Of a stretch of DNA of 64,000 nt, positions 27,942 to 39,200 are shown piece after piece. Origin of the DNA: Puniceicoccales bacterium (GTDB lineage: Bacteria > Verrucomicrobiota > Verrucomicrobiia > Opitutales > UBA9783); assembly GCA_031278975.1 (NCBI GenBank), contig JAITJL010000005.1, forward strand, positions 39,255 to 103,254, given 5' to 3'. Numbering within the stretch: position 1 is the stretch's first letter; each line of letters starts with the position of its first letter. The translations under genes and the position numbers were made by a program. The notes beneath the pieces were generated by a model. The model was not told the DNA's origin. It made no database searches and saw nothing but the letters and a program-made list of their open reading frames with translations.

Positions 27942-28385
27942 TTATTGTAAATATTCGATATCTTGAATTTGTTTTAAACGCCTTAAATGTCGGAGTTCCA
28001 TGCTGGGTACGGCCATCAAGCATTTTTGAACAATGAGGTAGGCGATATCAGCATCTAGGGTACCTGCAAGGCAAAGCATGTTGATGTGGTTGTGTTCGCG
28101 CGCTTTTTGAGTTACTTCGGGTGTATGTACGAGTGCTGCCCGCACATTTTTGAATTTGTTGGCAGTGATGCACATGCCAATGCCTGAGGTGCAAATGAGG
28201 ATACCCAAATGTTGATTATTCTTTTGTACGTGCAAAGCAACTTTTTGAGCAATCAAAGGGTAATCGCAGGGGTTTTGCGAAGAAGGTTCTACGTCTTCGA
28301 CGGGGTATTGATTTTGTTGCAACCAACGTACAATTTTTTGTTTAAGTTCAAAACCACCATGGTCGGCTCCTATAAAAATATTCAT
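27942..28385 (-). CDS. rpiB: ribose-5-phosphate isomerase B
   Basis: MNIFIGADHGGFELKQKIV...ILICTSGIGMCITANK, RpiB/LacA family. Confidence 0.9.
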   Translation of the reverse strand: MNIFIGADHGGFELKQKIVRWLQQNQYPVEDVEPSSQNPCDYPLIAQKVALHVQKNNQHLGILICTSGIGMCITANKFKNVRAALVHTPEVTQKAREHNHINMLCLAGTLDADIAYLIVQKCLMAVPSMELRHLRRLKQIQDIEYLQ

Positions 28386-28582
28386 CCATTTATTTTACTT
28401 TAGATTTTCTGTTTTACAAACCAAAATTAAGTGATGCATACCGTATCGGGAGAATGATTCATGCTTTGGAGCGATTACGGCATTGCGCGAAAAACCTTTT
28501 GATGAATTTAAGGATACGTACTTGATGTTATCGGAGTTTTATGTTTGATTCAAAATCATTGTCAAAAGGTATGAGTAGGTCG

Positions 28583-30172
28583 ATGAAATTGGTTTTTGTG
28601 ACGGGAGGCGTTGTTTCGTCGTTGGGAAAAGGTTTAACGGCAGCATCCTTGGGAGCCCTGCTGGAAGAACAAGGATTACGCGTAGGGTTACAAAAATTTG
28701 ATCCTTATTTAAACGTGGATCCGGGAACTATGAGTCCTTTTCAACACGGAGAGGTATACGTTTTAAAAGATGGAGCGGAAACCGATTTGGATTTGGGGCA
28801 TTACGAACGTTTTACCAATGTTGCATTATCCAGAAAACACAGCGTTTCTTCGGGTCAAATTTATGAAAGTGTGCTTAAAAAAGAGCGGCAAGGACAATAT
28901 TTGGGCAATACGGTGCAAGTCATTCCACATGTTACGGATGAAATTAAAACGCGCATTTTATCGGGAGCTAACGATGACACGGATATTTTAATTACCGAAA
29001 TTGGAGGCGTGGTTGGAGATATTGAAGGGTTACCTTTTTTGGAGGCATTGAGGCAATTAGCCTTGGATTTTGGCCGAACCAACGTTTTATTTTTGCACGT
29101 TACGTTAATCCCATTTTTAAAAGCTTCTTCGGAGTTGAAGACAAAACCTTCTCAACAGAGCGTTGCAAAATTACGTGAAATTGGTATTCAGCCGGATATT
29201 TTGGTTTGTAGGACCGAAAGACCGCTTGAAAAATCTATTCGGCAGAAGTTAAGCCTGTTTTGCAATGTTTCGGTGGAGTCGGTGATTGAGGAAAAAGATG
29301 TTGAAATCTCTATTTACGAGCTACCGCTTTGTTTACATGAAGAAAAGTTGGATCAATTGGTTTTAGCACATTTTGGAATGCCTTATCGTCCCTCCAATTT
29401 AGATACGTGGAAAACAATTTTGCATAGGATTTGCTCTCCCAAGTTCCACGTCAAAATTGGCGTAATCGGTAAGTACGTGGAATTAAAGGATGCCTATAAG
29501 TCTATTTATGAAGCTCTATTTCATGCGGGTATTGCCAATGAATGTACCGTTGAGGTAAAACCGATCGATGCGGAGTGGTTGGAGCAGCATCAGGCGGACA
29601 ATGGTTTAAGTGATCTAGACGGAATTTTAGTTCCCGGAGGTTTTGGGACAAGAGGCATTGATGGGAAAATAATGGCAATCCGTTATGCTCGAGAGAAAGG
29701 TGTTCCTTATTTAGGTATTTGTTTGGGAATGCAACTGGCTGTGATTGAGTTTGCACGTCACGTTGCCGACTTGCCGGACGCAACCAGTACCGAATTTGAT
29801 GCGCAAACCACGACTCCCGTCATTGGTCTTATGGAAGAACAAAAGGGAAACATAAGTAAGGGGGCATCCATGCGTTTGGGCATGATGGAGTGTAATATAG
29901 TTCCCCATTCTTTATTGGAAGAAGTTTATCAAACAAATACCATTTTTGAACGACACCGTCATCGTTACGAAGTCAATAAACAATGGTGTAATCTTTGGAC
30001 TGAAAAAGGATTGAAAATTGCTGGCATATGCCGCAATTTAGACGTTGTCGAGGCCGTTGAATTGGAAGGACATCCATGGTTTGTAGGGGTACAATACCAT
30101 CCGGAGTTTCAATCTAAACCGCATGCGGCACACCCCTTGTTTAAATCTTTCGTGCAGGCTTGCATAAAATGA
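28583..30172 (+). CDS. pyrG: CTP synthase
   Basis: MKLVFVTGGVVSSLGKG N-terminus and GATase motif GICLGMQ, HRHRYE. Start chosen at ATG 28583; upstream ATGs at 28541 and 28571 are possible. Confidence 0.95.
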   Translation: MKLVFVTGGVVSSLGKGLTAASLGALLEEQGLRVGLQKFDPYLNVDPGTMSPFQHGEVYVLKDGAETDLDLGHYERFTNVALSRKHSVSSGQIYESVLKKERQGQYLGNTVQVIPHVTDEIKTRILSGANDDTDILITEIGGVVGDIEGLPFLEALRQLALDFGRTNVLFLHVTLIPFLKASSELKTKPSQQSVAKLREIGIQPDILVCRTERPLEKSIRQKLSLFCNVSVESVIEEKDVEISIYELPLCLHEEKLDQLVLAHFGMPYRPSNLDTWKTILHRICSPKFHVKIGVIGKYVELKDAYKSIYEALFHAGIANECTVEVKPIDAEWLEQHQADNGLSDLDGILVPGGFGTRGIDGKIMAIRYAREKGVPYLGICLGMQLAVIEFARHVADLPDATSTEFDAQTTTPVIGLMEEQKGNISKGASMRLGMMECNIVPHSLLEEVYQTNTIFERHRHRYEVNKQWCNLWTEKGLKIAGICRNLDVVEAVELEGHPWFVGVQYHPEFQSKPHAAHPLFKSFVQACIK

Positions 30173-30234
30173 AAAACTTTCTTCGATGGTAAGGGGCACA
30201 TTTATTATGAAGGTAGCGGTGAACATTTGTTTTT

Positions 30235-30318
30235 GCTTGAATGGTGGAATGGTAGACACGCTAGACTTAGGATCTAGTGCCGAGAGGTGTAAGGGTTCGA
30301 GTCCCTTTTCAAGCACCA
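30235..30318 (+). tRNA. tRNA-Leu (anticodon TAG), class II with long variable arm, CCA encoded
   Basis: Folded by hand: acceptor gcttgaa/ttcaagc, anticodon stem ctaga/tctag with loop cTTAGga, variable arm tgccgagaggtgt, T-arm aaggg-ttcgagt-ccctt. Closely parallels E. coli tRNA-Leu. Confidence 0.9.
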
Positions 30319-30340
30319 GCGTTTATAACATTCGTAGGGA

Positions 30341-31477
30341 TTGAGGAGGCCACATTTGAACCGTGTTGCTTGGTTAGTTGTTATTTCTTTTGCAGTGACA
30401 TTTGTCCTGCCTGCGGAAAAACGGACGATAAGAATTGCTTTTGCCGATTTCTGTGCCGATATCTCGGGGCCATCGGATATCCAAGGGCAAAAGTTTGTTG
30501 CTATGTTGAAAAAGTATTACAACGTTGAAATAGGTCCAAACGCTGACTTTTTGTTTTATTCCTGCTGGGGAGATGCTTTTAGGCAGTATAAAAATTGCGT
30601 TAAAATATTTTATACGGGAGAGAATGTTGTTCCCAATTTCAACGAATGCGATTATGCCATTACCTGCCATCCAATTCACTTTGGATCACGTCATTTTCAA
30701 TATAATTCGGATGTTCTAAGTTTTAAGTCTTGTGAACGTATGCGTTTGCAAGTGGATCAGAAGTGCCTACATCGAAAGTTTTGCAATTTCGTATACTGCA
30801 ATGCTTCCAAAGGCGACGGAGCCATTCTAAGGCAGGATTTTGCTAAAAAATTAATGCATTACAAAAGGGTGGATTGCCCTGGACGTGTTTTAAATAACAT
30901 GCAACAGGCCATTGTTCCACGGGGAGGTGGTAATGCATGGGAGAGTAAGGTGGATTTTATCAAAGATTACAAGTTTACAATCGCCTTTGAAAATGCTTCG
31001 AGTGAAGGCTATGTAACTGAAAAACTAGTGCATCCTTTCATGGCAAATTCTATCCCAATTTATTGGGGAAATCCAAGTGTAGGTACATTGTTGAACACAA
31101 AAGCTTTTATTAATTGTCACGAATACGACGATTTGGATGCGGTGATACGAAAAGTGATAGAGCTTGACCAAGATGACGCAAAATATCTTGCTATGTTTCG
31201 TGAACCTATCACTAAAGAGAAAACGGTGCTGAATAATGAAAAAAATTTGGAACAATTTTTGGTTGCCGTTATAGAAAAAGGGAATGTGCCATTTTACAAG
31301 TCGCAGTTGTACCTGCCTAAAAAGAATCTTTTTACGCGCATAAGTTATTTCAATTATTGTAGGTATTGGATTTTGTCAAAAATGTTGTTGGGGGCAAAAG
31401 GTCGACATTATCGCAATAAGTTTGCAGAAATCAAGTTGCAGCTACGTTGTTTGGGAAATGGTGTAAAAGTATTTTGA
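30341..31477 (+). CDS. GT10-family alpha-1,3/4-fucosyltransferase
   Basis: KIFYTGENVVPNFNECDYAI and FTIAFENASSEGYVTEKLVHPFMANSIPIYWG match the H. pylori FucT motifs (FYTGENxxPNF, FENxxxxGYVTEK..IPIYWG). TTG start 23 nt after tRNA-Leu. Hydrophobic N-terminus. Confidence 0.85.
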   Translation: MRRPHLNRVAWLVVISFAVTFVLPAEKRTIRIAFADFCADISGPSDIQGQKFVAMLKKYYNVEIGPNADFLFYSCWGDAFRQYKNCVKIFYTGENVVPNFNECDYAITCHPIHFGSRHFQYNSDVLSFKSCERMRLQVDQKCLHRKFCNFVYCNASKGDGAILRQDFAKKLMHYKRVDCPGRVLNNMQQAIVPRGGGNAWESKVDFIKDYKFTIAFENASSEGYVTEKLVHPFMANSIPIYWGNPSVGTLLNTKAFINCHEYDDLDAVIRKVIELDQDDAKYLAMFREPITKEKTVLNNEKNLEQFLVAVIEKGNVPFYKSQLYLPKKNLFTRISYFNYCRYWILSKMLLGAKGRHYRNKFAEIKLQLRCLGNGVKVF

Positions 31478-31685
31478 GGAATATCGAGTCGGTTAAACTT
31501 AGGTCGGAAGTAGACATGACAGTGCATGCGTTTTGAAAATTTTCAGACGTGTGCAATGGCGATCAAAAATTATTATCCTTATTTTTTAACATTTTTTTAA
31601 ATAAAGGGTTGACTGTTTGCAATTAGGTATCAAAAGTTTAACTTTCACAGTATTTTGGTTAGAAGCCAAAAGTGGATGAGAAGTT

Positions 31686-31761
<76 letters not shown>

Positions 31762-31796
31762 TCAGCCAAATTCTATCTTAAACTCAATTTTTTGGT

Positions 31797-32987
31797 ATGG
31801 CTAAAGAAACCTTCGCAAGAACAAAACCACACGTTAATGTGGGAACGATTGGTCACGTAGACCATGGTAAAACAACGCTCACAACGGCTATTCTTAAAGT
31901 TCAATCGGACAAAGGATTGGCAGAATGTAAGTCTTATGCAGAAATCGCAAAAGGAGGTACTGTTCGCGATGCTTCGAAAATTGTTACAATTGCCGTCGCA
32001 CATGTTGAGTATGAAACGACGGTTCGTCACTATGCACACGTAGATTGTCCAGGGCATGCGGACTTTGTAAAGAATATGATTACGGGAGCCGCGCAGATGG
32101 ACGGTGCTATTTTGGTAGTTAGCGCCTACGATGGTCCCATGCCTCAAACCCGTGAACACATTTTGTTGGCGCGTCAGGTAGGTGTGCCTAATTTGGTTGT
32201 TTTTCTCAATAAAGTGGATCTTGTGGATGATCCGGAGTTGCTTGAGTTGGTAGAAATGGAAATTAGGGATCTTTTGAACAAATACGAATATAAAGGTGAT
32301 GATATTACCATTATTCGCGGATCTGCTTTGGGGGCTTTGGAAGGAAAATCTGAAGGTGTAGATTCCATTAGTCGTTTATTGGAGGCTGTTGACAAGGATA
32401 TTCCCGAGCCGCAACACGATTTAGAAAAGTCTTTCTTAATGTCCATTGAAGACGTTTTTAGCATTACGGGAAGAGGTACCGTTGTAACGGGTCGCATTGA
32501 ACGAGGTAGCGTTAAAGTGGGTGATACGGTGGAAATCGTAGGGTTACGTCCAACGCACAGTACAACCTGTACAGGTGTTGAAATGTTTCATAAATTATTG
32601 GACCGTGGGCAGGCAGGTGACAACGTGGGTGTCTTGTTGAGAGGTATTGAAAAGAAAGATGTCGAACGTGGTCAAGTTTTGGCAAAGCCTGGGTCTATTA
32701 CACCGCATACAAAGGCTAAGGCAGAGATTTATGTTTTAACGAAAGATGAAGGGGGCCGTCATACACCTTTCTTTAAAGGGTATCGTCCTCAATTTTTCTT
32801 TGGTACAGCCGATGTAACAGGAGTTTGTGCCTTGCCGGAAGGGGTTGAAATGGTGATGCCGGGGGACAATTTATCCATTGAAATTGAATTGCAAAAGGCG
32901 GTTGCTATGGAAAAAGGGCAGCGCTTTGCCATGCGTGAAGGCGGAAGAACCATTGGTGCGGGCCGTATTGTTGAAGTTATTGCCTAA
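31797..32987 (+). CDS. tuf: elongation factor Tu
   Basis: [28 protein letters not shown]..., 396 aa. Confidence 0.98.
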   Translation: MAKETFARTKPHVNVGTIGHVDHGKTTLTTAILKVQSDKGLAECKSYAEIAKGGTVRDASKIVTIAVAHVEYETTVRHYAHVDCPGHADFVKNMITGAAQMDGAILVVSAYDGPMPQTREHILLARQVGVPNLVVFLNKVDLVDDPELLELVEMEIRDLLNKYEYKGDDITIIRGSALGALEGKSEGVDSISRLLEAVDKDIPEPQHDLEKSFLMSIEDVFSITGRGTVVTGRIERGSVKVGDTVEIVGLRPTHSTTCTGVEMFHKLLDRGQAGDNVGVLLRGIEKKDVERGQVLAKPGSITPHTKAKAEIYVLTKDEGGRHTPFFKGYRPQFFFGTADVTGVCALPEGVEMVMPGDNLSIEIELQKAVAMEKGQRFAMREGGRTIGAGRIVEVIA

Positions 32988-33075
32988 GTGCTTGGGTAAC
33001 GTTTTGGGGTGATTTTCGTTGACAAAAAAATAAGACTTCCAGAAAGGTTATTGAACGTGAGGGTTTAATTTCGAT

Positions 33076-33151
33076 AGGAGAATGGCGCAATTGGTAGCGC
33101 AGCGGTCTCCAAAACCGTCGGTTGGGGGTTCGAGTCCCTCTTCTCCTGCCA
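33076..33151 (+). tRNA. tRNA-Trp (anticodon CCA), CCA end encoded
   Basis: Acceptor aggagaa/ttctcct, anticodon stem gcggt/accgt with loop cTCCAaa. Conserved position between tuf and secE. Confidence 0.92.
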
Positions 33152-33166
33152 AGATGTAAAACTAAG

Positions 33167-33370
33167 ATGAAAATTTTTAAAAAAATACGTACTTTTGGAT
33201 GTGAAATGGTAGAAGAATTAAAAAAGGCGTCTTGGCCGAGTTGGCATGAGTTGCGTAAATCTTCAATGATTGTCTTATTAGGAGTGTTATTTTTAGGAGT
33301 TTTTGTGAGCATGGTCGATTTTTCATTATTTCAAATGGTCGATCTATTAATACGTTGTGTAAGTCGTTGA
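33167..33370 (+). CDS. secE: preprotein translocase subunit SecE
   Basis: 67 aa. EELKKASWPSWHEL followed by a single TM helix. Start moved to ATG 33167 so it does not overlap tRNA-Trp. Conserved secE-nusG order. Confidence 0.82.
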   Translation: MKIFKKIRTFGCEMVEELKKASWPSWHELRKSSMIVLLGVLFLGVFVSMVDFSLFQMVDLLIRCVSR

Positions 33371-33391
33371 TCGCGTGATAGAAAATATAAA

Positions 33392-33967
33392 ATGACCGAA
33401 GTAGAGGTGGATGATAGTTTTAAGTGGTACGCGGTTCAAACGGCTTCTAATCAGGAATTAAAAATTAAACGTCATTTGGATCATTTTACCGCCATTGAAG
33501 GATTGGAGGCATACATAAAGACTGTTTTGGTTCCTACAAAGACGGTCATGGAGATTAAAAATGGTAAAAAAAGTAGTAAGGTCCATAAATTTTATCCGGG
33601 TTACATTTTTCTTCACATGCGGCTTTACGACGAGAATGGAGAAATGTTACAGCAAGTTGTTTCGTATGTAAAAAACATTCAGGGAGTCTTAAATTTTATG
33701 GGAGGAGACCATCCTGTTGCCCTTAAAAAAAGAGAGATGGAAGGCATACTAGGACAAGTGGAAGAGACCAAAGGTAAACAGGTCTTGAAGGTTGCGTATG
33801 AAGTTGGAGAAACGGTCAAAATTATAGATGGGCCATTTTTAAATTTAACCGGCAAAATTGATGTTGTGGATCCCGAAAGAGGGAAGTTAAAGATTTCAGT
33901 CTCTATTTTTGGACGTTTCACCCCCGTCGAATTGGAGTATTGGCAAGTTCAAAGGGAAAAAGAATGA
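33392..33967 (+). CDS. nusG: transcription termination/antitermination factor NusG
   Basis: KWYAVQT NGN start and KOW motif GETVKIIDGPFLNLTGKI. Confidence 0.93.
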   Translation: MTEVEVDDSFKWYAVQTASNQELKIKRHLDHFTAIEGLEAYIKTVLVPTKTVMEIKNGKKSSKVHKFYPGYIFLHMRLYDENGEMLQQVVSYVKNIQGVLNFMGGDHPVALKKREMEGILGQVEETKGKQVLKVAYEVGETVKIIDGPFLNLTGKIDVVDPERGKLKISVSIFGRFTPVELEYWQVQREKE

Positions 33968-33984
33968 GGGTAGGTTTTTAGGCT

Positions 33985-34416
33985 ATGGCGATTAAAAAAA
34001 AGGTTATTGGAGAAATACGTTTGCAGTTGCCTGCGGGTGCGGCTAATCCTGCACCGCCAGTAGGACCGGCGCTGGGAGCGAAGGGTGTTAACATTATGGC
34101 GTTTTGCAAAGAGTTTAATGCACAAACCAAAGATCAGACAGGCTTGGTGATTCCGGTAGTGATAACAGTTTACGCAGATAAGTCTTTTTCGTTTATTTTG
34201 AAATCGCCTCCGGCATCCGTGTTGTTGTGCAAGGCGGCTAAGGTTCCAAAAGGTTCAGGAGAACCCAATAAAGCGAAAGTGGGTACGGTGACTCGCAAGC
34301 AAGTGAAAGAAATAGCGAATGTCAAGCAATCGGATTTAAATTCACACTCTGTGGAGAGTGCTATACGGATGATTGAAGGGACGGCCCGTAGCATGGGTAT
34401 TCAGGTGATAGACTGA
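33985..34416 (+). CDS. rplK: 50S ribosomal protein L11
   Basis: [35 protein letters not shown]. Confidence 0.96.
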   Translation: MAIKKKVIGEIRLQLPAGAANPAPPVGPALGAKGVNIMAFCKEFNAQTKDQTGLVIPVVITVYADKSFSFILKSPPASVLLCKAAKVPKGSGEPNKAKVGTVTRKQVKEIANVKQSDLNSHSVESAIRMIEGTARSMGIQVID

Positions 34417-34436
34417 TGATAATGGTGAGAGAAGCA

Positions 34437-35138
34437 ATGAAGAAGCATAGTAAGCGTTATAGATCAGCTTTGGAAAAAGTGGAAGAAGGAAAATCGTACG
34501 AATTACTCCCGGACGCTTTTCAATGTTTGTTAGAAATGCCGGCGGCTAGATTTGATGAAACGGTTGAATTGTCGATGCATTTGGCGGTTGATCCTAAGCA
34601 GAGTGATCAGATGGTGAGAGGTATTGTTCAATTGCCTCACGGTAACGGTAAAGAGGTACGCGTTGTTGCGTTTACGGCTAAGCCCGAAGAAGCTTTGGCT
34701 GCGGGTGCTTGTGAAGCTGGATTGGCGGATTTAATTGAAAAAGTTAAGGAAGGTTGGTTGGATTTTGATGTGGCCGTTGCGACACCCGAGGCAATGAAGG
34801 AAGTAAAAGTCGTTGCGCGTATATTGGGACCGCGTGGGTTGATGCCTAATCCAAAGACGGGTACGATAACGGATGATTTGGTAACTTGTATTGAAGCTTT
34901 GAAAAAAGGGCGTGTGGAGTTCAAAATGGATAAAAGTGCCAATGTACAACTAGGTGTAGGAAAACGTTCTTTAGGCATTCAAAAACTCGTAGAAAATGCA
35001 GAAACTGCATTGCAGGCTATTCAGCGCGCACGCCCTGCATCTTTGAAAGGTAAATTTGTTAAACGTGCGGCGGTTTCAACTACAATGAGTCCAGGACTCA
35101 CTTTGCATGAAACTTTGCTGGCTCGTTATGGAAAGTAG
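34437..35138 (+). CDS. rplA: 50S ribosomal protein L1
   Basis: MKKHSKRYRSALEKV... Start moved from 34416 to ATG 34437, which is preceded by the purine-rich gagagaag. Confidence 0.93.
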   Translation: MKKHSKRYRSALEKVEEGKSYELLPDAFQCLLEMPAARFDETVELSMHLAVDPKQSDQMVRGIVQLPHGNGKEVRVVAFTAKPEEALAAGACEAGLADLIEKVKEGWLDFDVAVATPEAMKEVKVVARILGPRGLMPNPKTGTITDDLVTCIEALKKGRVEFKMDKSANVQLGVGKRSLGIQKLVENAETALQAIQRARPASLKGKFVKRAAVSTTMSPGLTLHETLLARYGK

Positions 35139-35158
35139 GTTTTAGAAAGGAAAATCTG

Positions 35159-35680
35159 ATGAGAATAGAAAAAACATTTTTGGTGCGTGAGGTTTCAGAC
35201 CGTGTTAAGGATTCGAGTTATTGGTATTTGGTTGATTTTAGGTGGGTAACAGTTTCGGAAATCGCACAACTACGAGCGGATTTATCCAAAGAAGGAGCTT
35301 TTTTTCACGTTGTTAAAAATGCAATTTTACGTAAAGTGGGAGAAGATCTCAAGTGGCCTTCTTTTGTGCAATGGTTGGAAGGACAAACCGCCATTGTATA
35401 CGGGGGTAATAATCCATCAGGTGTCATTAAAGTGTTGTTGAAGTTTGCTAAGGATAAAGAAAAGTTAAATGCGAAAGGTGGTTTTTTAGAAGGGCAACTG
35501 TACGATGTTATGGCTTTGGATACTTTATCAAAATTGCCTGATTTGGCAACGCTAAGGGCTATGTTTTTATCTTTGTTATGGACGCCTTATCGTCAATGTT
35601 TGCACGTTATGCAAGGTATTCCGCAGAGTTTTTTGACTCTGCTAAAAGCGTACGAAAAAAGGAGCTGTGCCACAAAATAA
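35159..35680 (+). CDS. rplJ: 50S ribosomal protein L10
   Basis: Position between rplA and rplL. VSEIAQLRADLSKEGAFFHVVKN is typical L10. Confidence 0.9.
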   Translation: MRIEKTFLVREVSDRVKDSSYWYLVDFRWVTVSEIAQLRADLSKEGAFFHVVKNAILRKVGEDLKWPSFVQWLEGQTAIVYGGNNPSGVIKVLLKFAKDKEKLNAKGGFLEGQLYDVMALDTLSKLPDLATLRAMFLSLLWTPYRQCLHVMQGIPQSFLTLLKAYEKRSCATK

Positions 35681-35773
35681 TTTTTCAGGTCAGGTTAGGG
35701 AGATTTTATCTTCTTAAATGCTTCGTCTGAGAAAAAAATAAAAGATGAACGCTAATCTGCGCTAGGAGGAAAT

Positions 35774-36151
35774 ATGAGTAATCTAAAAAAGGATCAAGTT
35801 ATTGAATGGTTGAGTAACCAATCGGTTTTGGAAATTGCTGATTTGGTTAAAGATCTTGAAGCAAAGTGGGGTGTAAGTGCCGCTGCTCCGGTTGCGGTTG
35901 CCACAGCGCCTGTAGCTGTCGAGCAGGCCGTTGAAGAGAAGACAGAATTTAATGTTATCTTGGCGGATGCTGGTGCTAGTAAGATCAATGTTATTAAAGA
36001 GATTCGTGCCATTACGGGTTTAGGCTTAAAGGAAGCCAAAGATTTAGTGGAAGGGGCTCCGAAAGCTGTCAAAGAAAGTATAGGAAAACAAGAAGCGGAA
36101 GATCTCAAAAAGAGGCTTGAATCAGCCGGTGCAAAGGTTGAAGTTAAGTGA
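35774..36151 (+). CDS. rplL: 50S ribosomal protein L7/L12
   Basis: Ala/Val-rich hinge and [27 protein letters not shown]. Confidence 0.96.
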   Translation: MSNLKKDQVIEWLSNQSVLEIADLVKDLEAKWGVSAAAPVAVATAPVAVEQAVEEKTEFNVILADAGASKINVIKEIRAITGLGLKEAKDLVEGAPKAVKESIGKQEAEDLKKRLESAGAKVEVK

Positions 36152-36228
36152 TTTTTGATTTGTGAACGTGTCTTGTGTAAACAAGGGTAGGATGGAGAGA
36201 AAATCCTTGTTAAGATTTTGTTTATTTT

Positions 36229-39200
36229 ATGTCACATCGCATTAATTTTGGAAAGCTAAATGAGGTTGTTTTACCGCCTGATTTAATTCAATTGCAGCTT
36301 GCTTCTTTCAGGGAGTTTTTACAGGCGGATAAAGCACCGCGTCAGCGGGAAAATGTTGGATTAGAGGCTGTATTTCAAGAAGTTTTTCCAATCGAAAGTT
36401 ACGACAATAAGTTTCATTTGGAGTACGTATCTTATCAACTTGTGGAACCGAAGCAATCGGATTATACATGCATTAGAGAAGGTAATACTTATTCTATTTC
36501 CTTATACGTGACTTTACGACTCAAAGCTGAAGAATCCATTCAGGAAAGTGAAATTTATATGGGTGAAATTCCATTGATGACGGAAAGAGGTTCTTTTATC
36601 ATTAATGGAGCTGAAAGAGTGGTTGTCAGTCAATTGCACAGATCGCCTGGTATTTGTTTCGAACAGGAGGCGCATACAACGGGTAAAATACTACATTCTT
36701 TTCGCATTATTCCTGACCGTGGTACCTGGATTGAGGTACAGTTTGATCCCAACGATTTATTGTACGTTTATTTGGATCGTCGTCGTCGTCGTCGCAAATT
36801 TTTGGTTACCACATTCTTACGCGCGCTTGGATTCAGCAGTGATATGGATATTTTAAAGCTTTTTTATGCACCGGAAAAAGCATCCGTCCAAATATTATTG
36901 TTAAAAGAAGATTTGACGGGGCATATTTTGGTTGAAGATGTGATTGATGCAACCAAGGGATTAGTTTTGGCACGCGCATTTGAACCCGTTACGCAAACGG
37001 TATTGCAAGCGTTTACCCAGTCTAATATTGAAAGTGTATGGGTTGTAGATAGCAGTGTGGATGAAGGGGCCATTATTCGTTGCTTAAAAAAGGATACGGT
37101 TCCCAATGAAGAAGAAGCGTTAAGAGATATTTTTAGACGTTTACGTCCAGGAGATCCAGCGACTTTGGCGAACGCTAGAAATTTATTTAAAAGGTTGTTT
37201 TTTGATGAGAAACGTTATGATTTAGGACGTGTAGGACGTTATCGTTTAAATCAAAAATTTGGCGAAAATGTCAGCTTATCTAAACGCTTATTGCAACCCC
37301 ATGATATAGTTCAAGCAACGCGTTATTTGTGTAGTTTAAAAAAAGGAAATGGTATGGTGGACGACATCGATCATTTGGGAAGCCGTAGAGTACGTCCAGT
37401 GGGAGAATTGCTATATCATCAGTGTCGTCTGGGATTGTCTCGTACGGAACGCATTGTGAAAGAGCGCATGGCATTGTACGATCAAACGGTGGATGCCGTC
37501 ACGCCGCAGCGTTTGATGAATACCAAAGCTTTGGCAACCGTTGTACGTGACTTTTTTGCGCGCAGTCAATTATCGCAATTAATGGATCAAATTAATCCGT
37601 TGGCCGAGTTAACGCATAAACGTCGTTTGTCAGCGCTGGGCCCGGGAGGATTAAACCGTGATCGGGCTGGTTTTGAAGTACGTGATGTACACGCTTCTCA
37701 TTATGGACGCATCTGTCCCATTGAAACGCCAGAGGGGCCCAACATTGGTTTAATTAATTCGTTGACGACGTACGCAAGCGTCAACGAATTTGGTTTCATT
37801 GGAACGCCTTATAGGGTGGTTAAGAAAGGTATGGTAACCAATGAAGTTCATTATTTGACGGCGGATCAGGAAGAACAAGTGGTTGTTGCGCAAGCTAATT
37901 CTTTCGTCAATAAAGAAGGTCGTCTGGAAGGAAGAATTACGGCGCGCAAACGATTTGAAGTGATTGAAGTGGATCCCAAAGAAGTTAATTATATGGATGT
38001 TTCTCCAAAGCAGTTAATTTCCGTTGCCACGGGGTTGATTCCGTTCCTTGAACACGACGATGCGAGTCGTGCTTTGATGGGATCAAATATGCAACGTCAA
38101 GGGGTTCCATTGTTACGAGCTCAAGCGCCTTTCGTGGGAACAGGTCTTGAAGCTAAAGTAGCCCAAGATTCTCGTACCGTGGTGGTTGCTGAAGCAGATG
38201 GGAAAGTCGTCGAAGTTGACGGAAAACATATTGTTGTTGCAACAAGTGGGACTTTACCATCGCGCATGGATAAGCATTTAAAGACGGATCGCAAGAAAGG
38301 CGTTTACGTTTACAATTTGTACAAATTCGTTCGTTCCAATGCAACCACCTGTTTTAATCAAAGGCCTCTAGTACGTTTGGGTGACACGGTGACAAAAGGT
38401 CAAATTTTGGCAGATGGTGCTGCGACGCAGGACGGTGAATTGGCATTGGGCAGTAACGTCCTGGTTGCTTTTATGCCTTGGAATGGTTATAATTTTGAAG
38501 ATGCCATTATTTTAAGTGAGCGGCTCGTCAAGGAAGATGTTTTTACATCCATCCATATTGAGGAATTTGAAGTAACTGCGCGCGATACAAAGTTGGGAGC
38601 CGAGGAAATTACACGCGACATTCCCAATGTAGGCGAAGAAGCGCTTAAAAATTTGGATCGCAACGGTATTATCTGTGTAGGTGCTGAAGTGCATCCGGGA
38701 GATATTTTGGTTGGCAAGATTACACCCAAAAGTGAAACGGAATTGGCGCCAGAAGAAAAGTTATTGCGAGCAATTTTTGGTGAAAAGGCAGCCGATATTA
38801 AAGATTCTTCAATGATTGCACCTCCAGGTTGTTCGGGTATCGTCATGGATATCCGAACATCGGTACATACCAATAAGGAGGATGAAGAGGAGGCCGTTGA
38901 AATGGTAGATTACCGTCGCAAACTTAAGAAAATTACGGAAGAACAGAGGACTGTAAAGGAACGTTTGCGCGAAGAATTAACGGAAGCTTTATCCAATATT
39001 TTATTGGGTGAAAAAATCCCTTTGAATATTATCCATCAAAAGACGGGTGAGATTATTATTCCGGCGAATCGTAAGATTACTAAAACCTTGCTACGCCGTT
39101 TAGCTTCGGCCCCTGACAGTTTACAGATAGAACAATCACCTGTAAAAGTTAAGATTGTTGAAATTTTGAACCAGTTCAAGAAACGTTTTGAACTTTTGGA

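Noticed and set aside
27787-28023. 79-codon N-terminal extension of the GspK-like ORF in the six-frame track (start 28023).
   Set aside because: It would overlap the 3' end of rpiB by 82 nt. The internal ATG at 27786 gives the family-typical MLQKKQRGS-hydrophobic N-terminus. Similar track artefacts were trimmed for sucC (1945), the lptF/G-like gene (6890), rpsJ (47285), secE (33122), rplA (34416), rplF (54341), rplO (55850) and secY (56268).
31617-31644. The promoter-like pattern TTGCAA-N16-TAACTT occurs upstream of tRNA-Thr/tuf, preceded by an A/T-rich UP-like tract. The same hexamers occur as TTGCAA-N18-TAACTT at 44191-44220, upstream of rpsL.
   Set aside because: It is suggestive because it recurs before two highly expressed operons. 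However, the -10 hexamer is weak and the spacers differ, and two occurrences in AT-rich DNA are not significant without TSS data. I did not call it as a feature.
36778-36795. (CGT)5-CGC trinucleotide run inside rpoB.
   Set aside because: It encodes RRRRRR in frame at the position of the conserved basic DRRRK patch of RpoB. I treat it as a coding feature rather than a microsatellite locus of interest.
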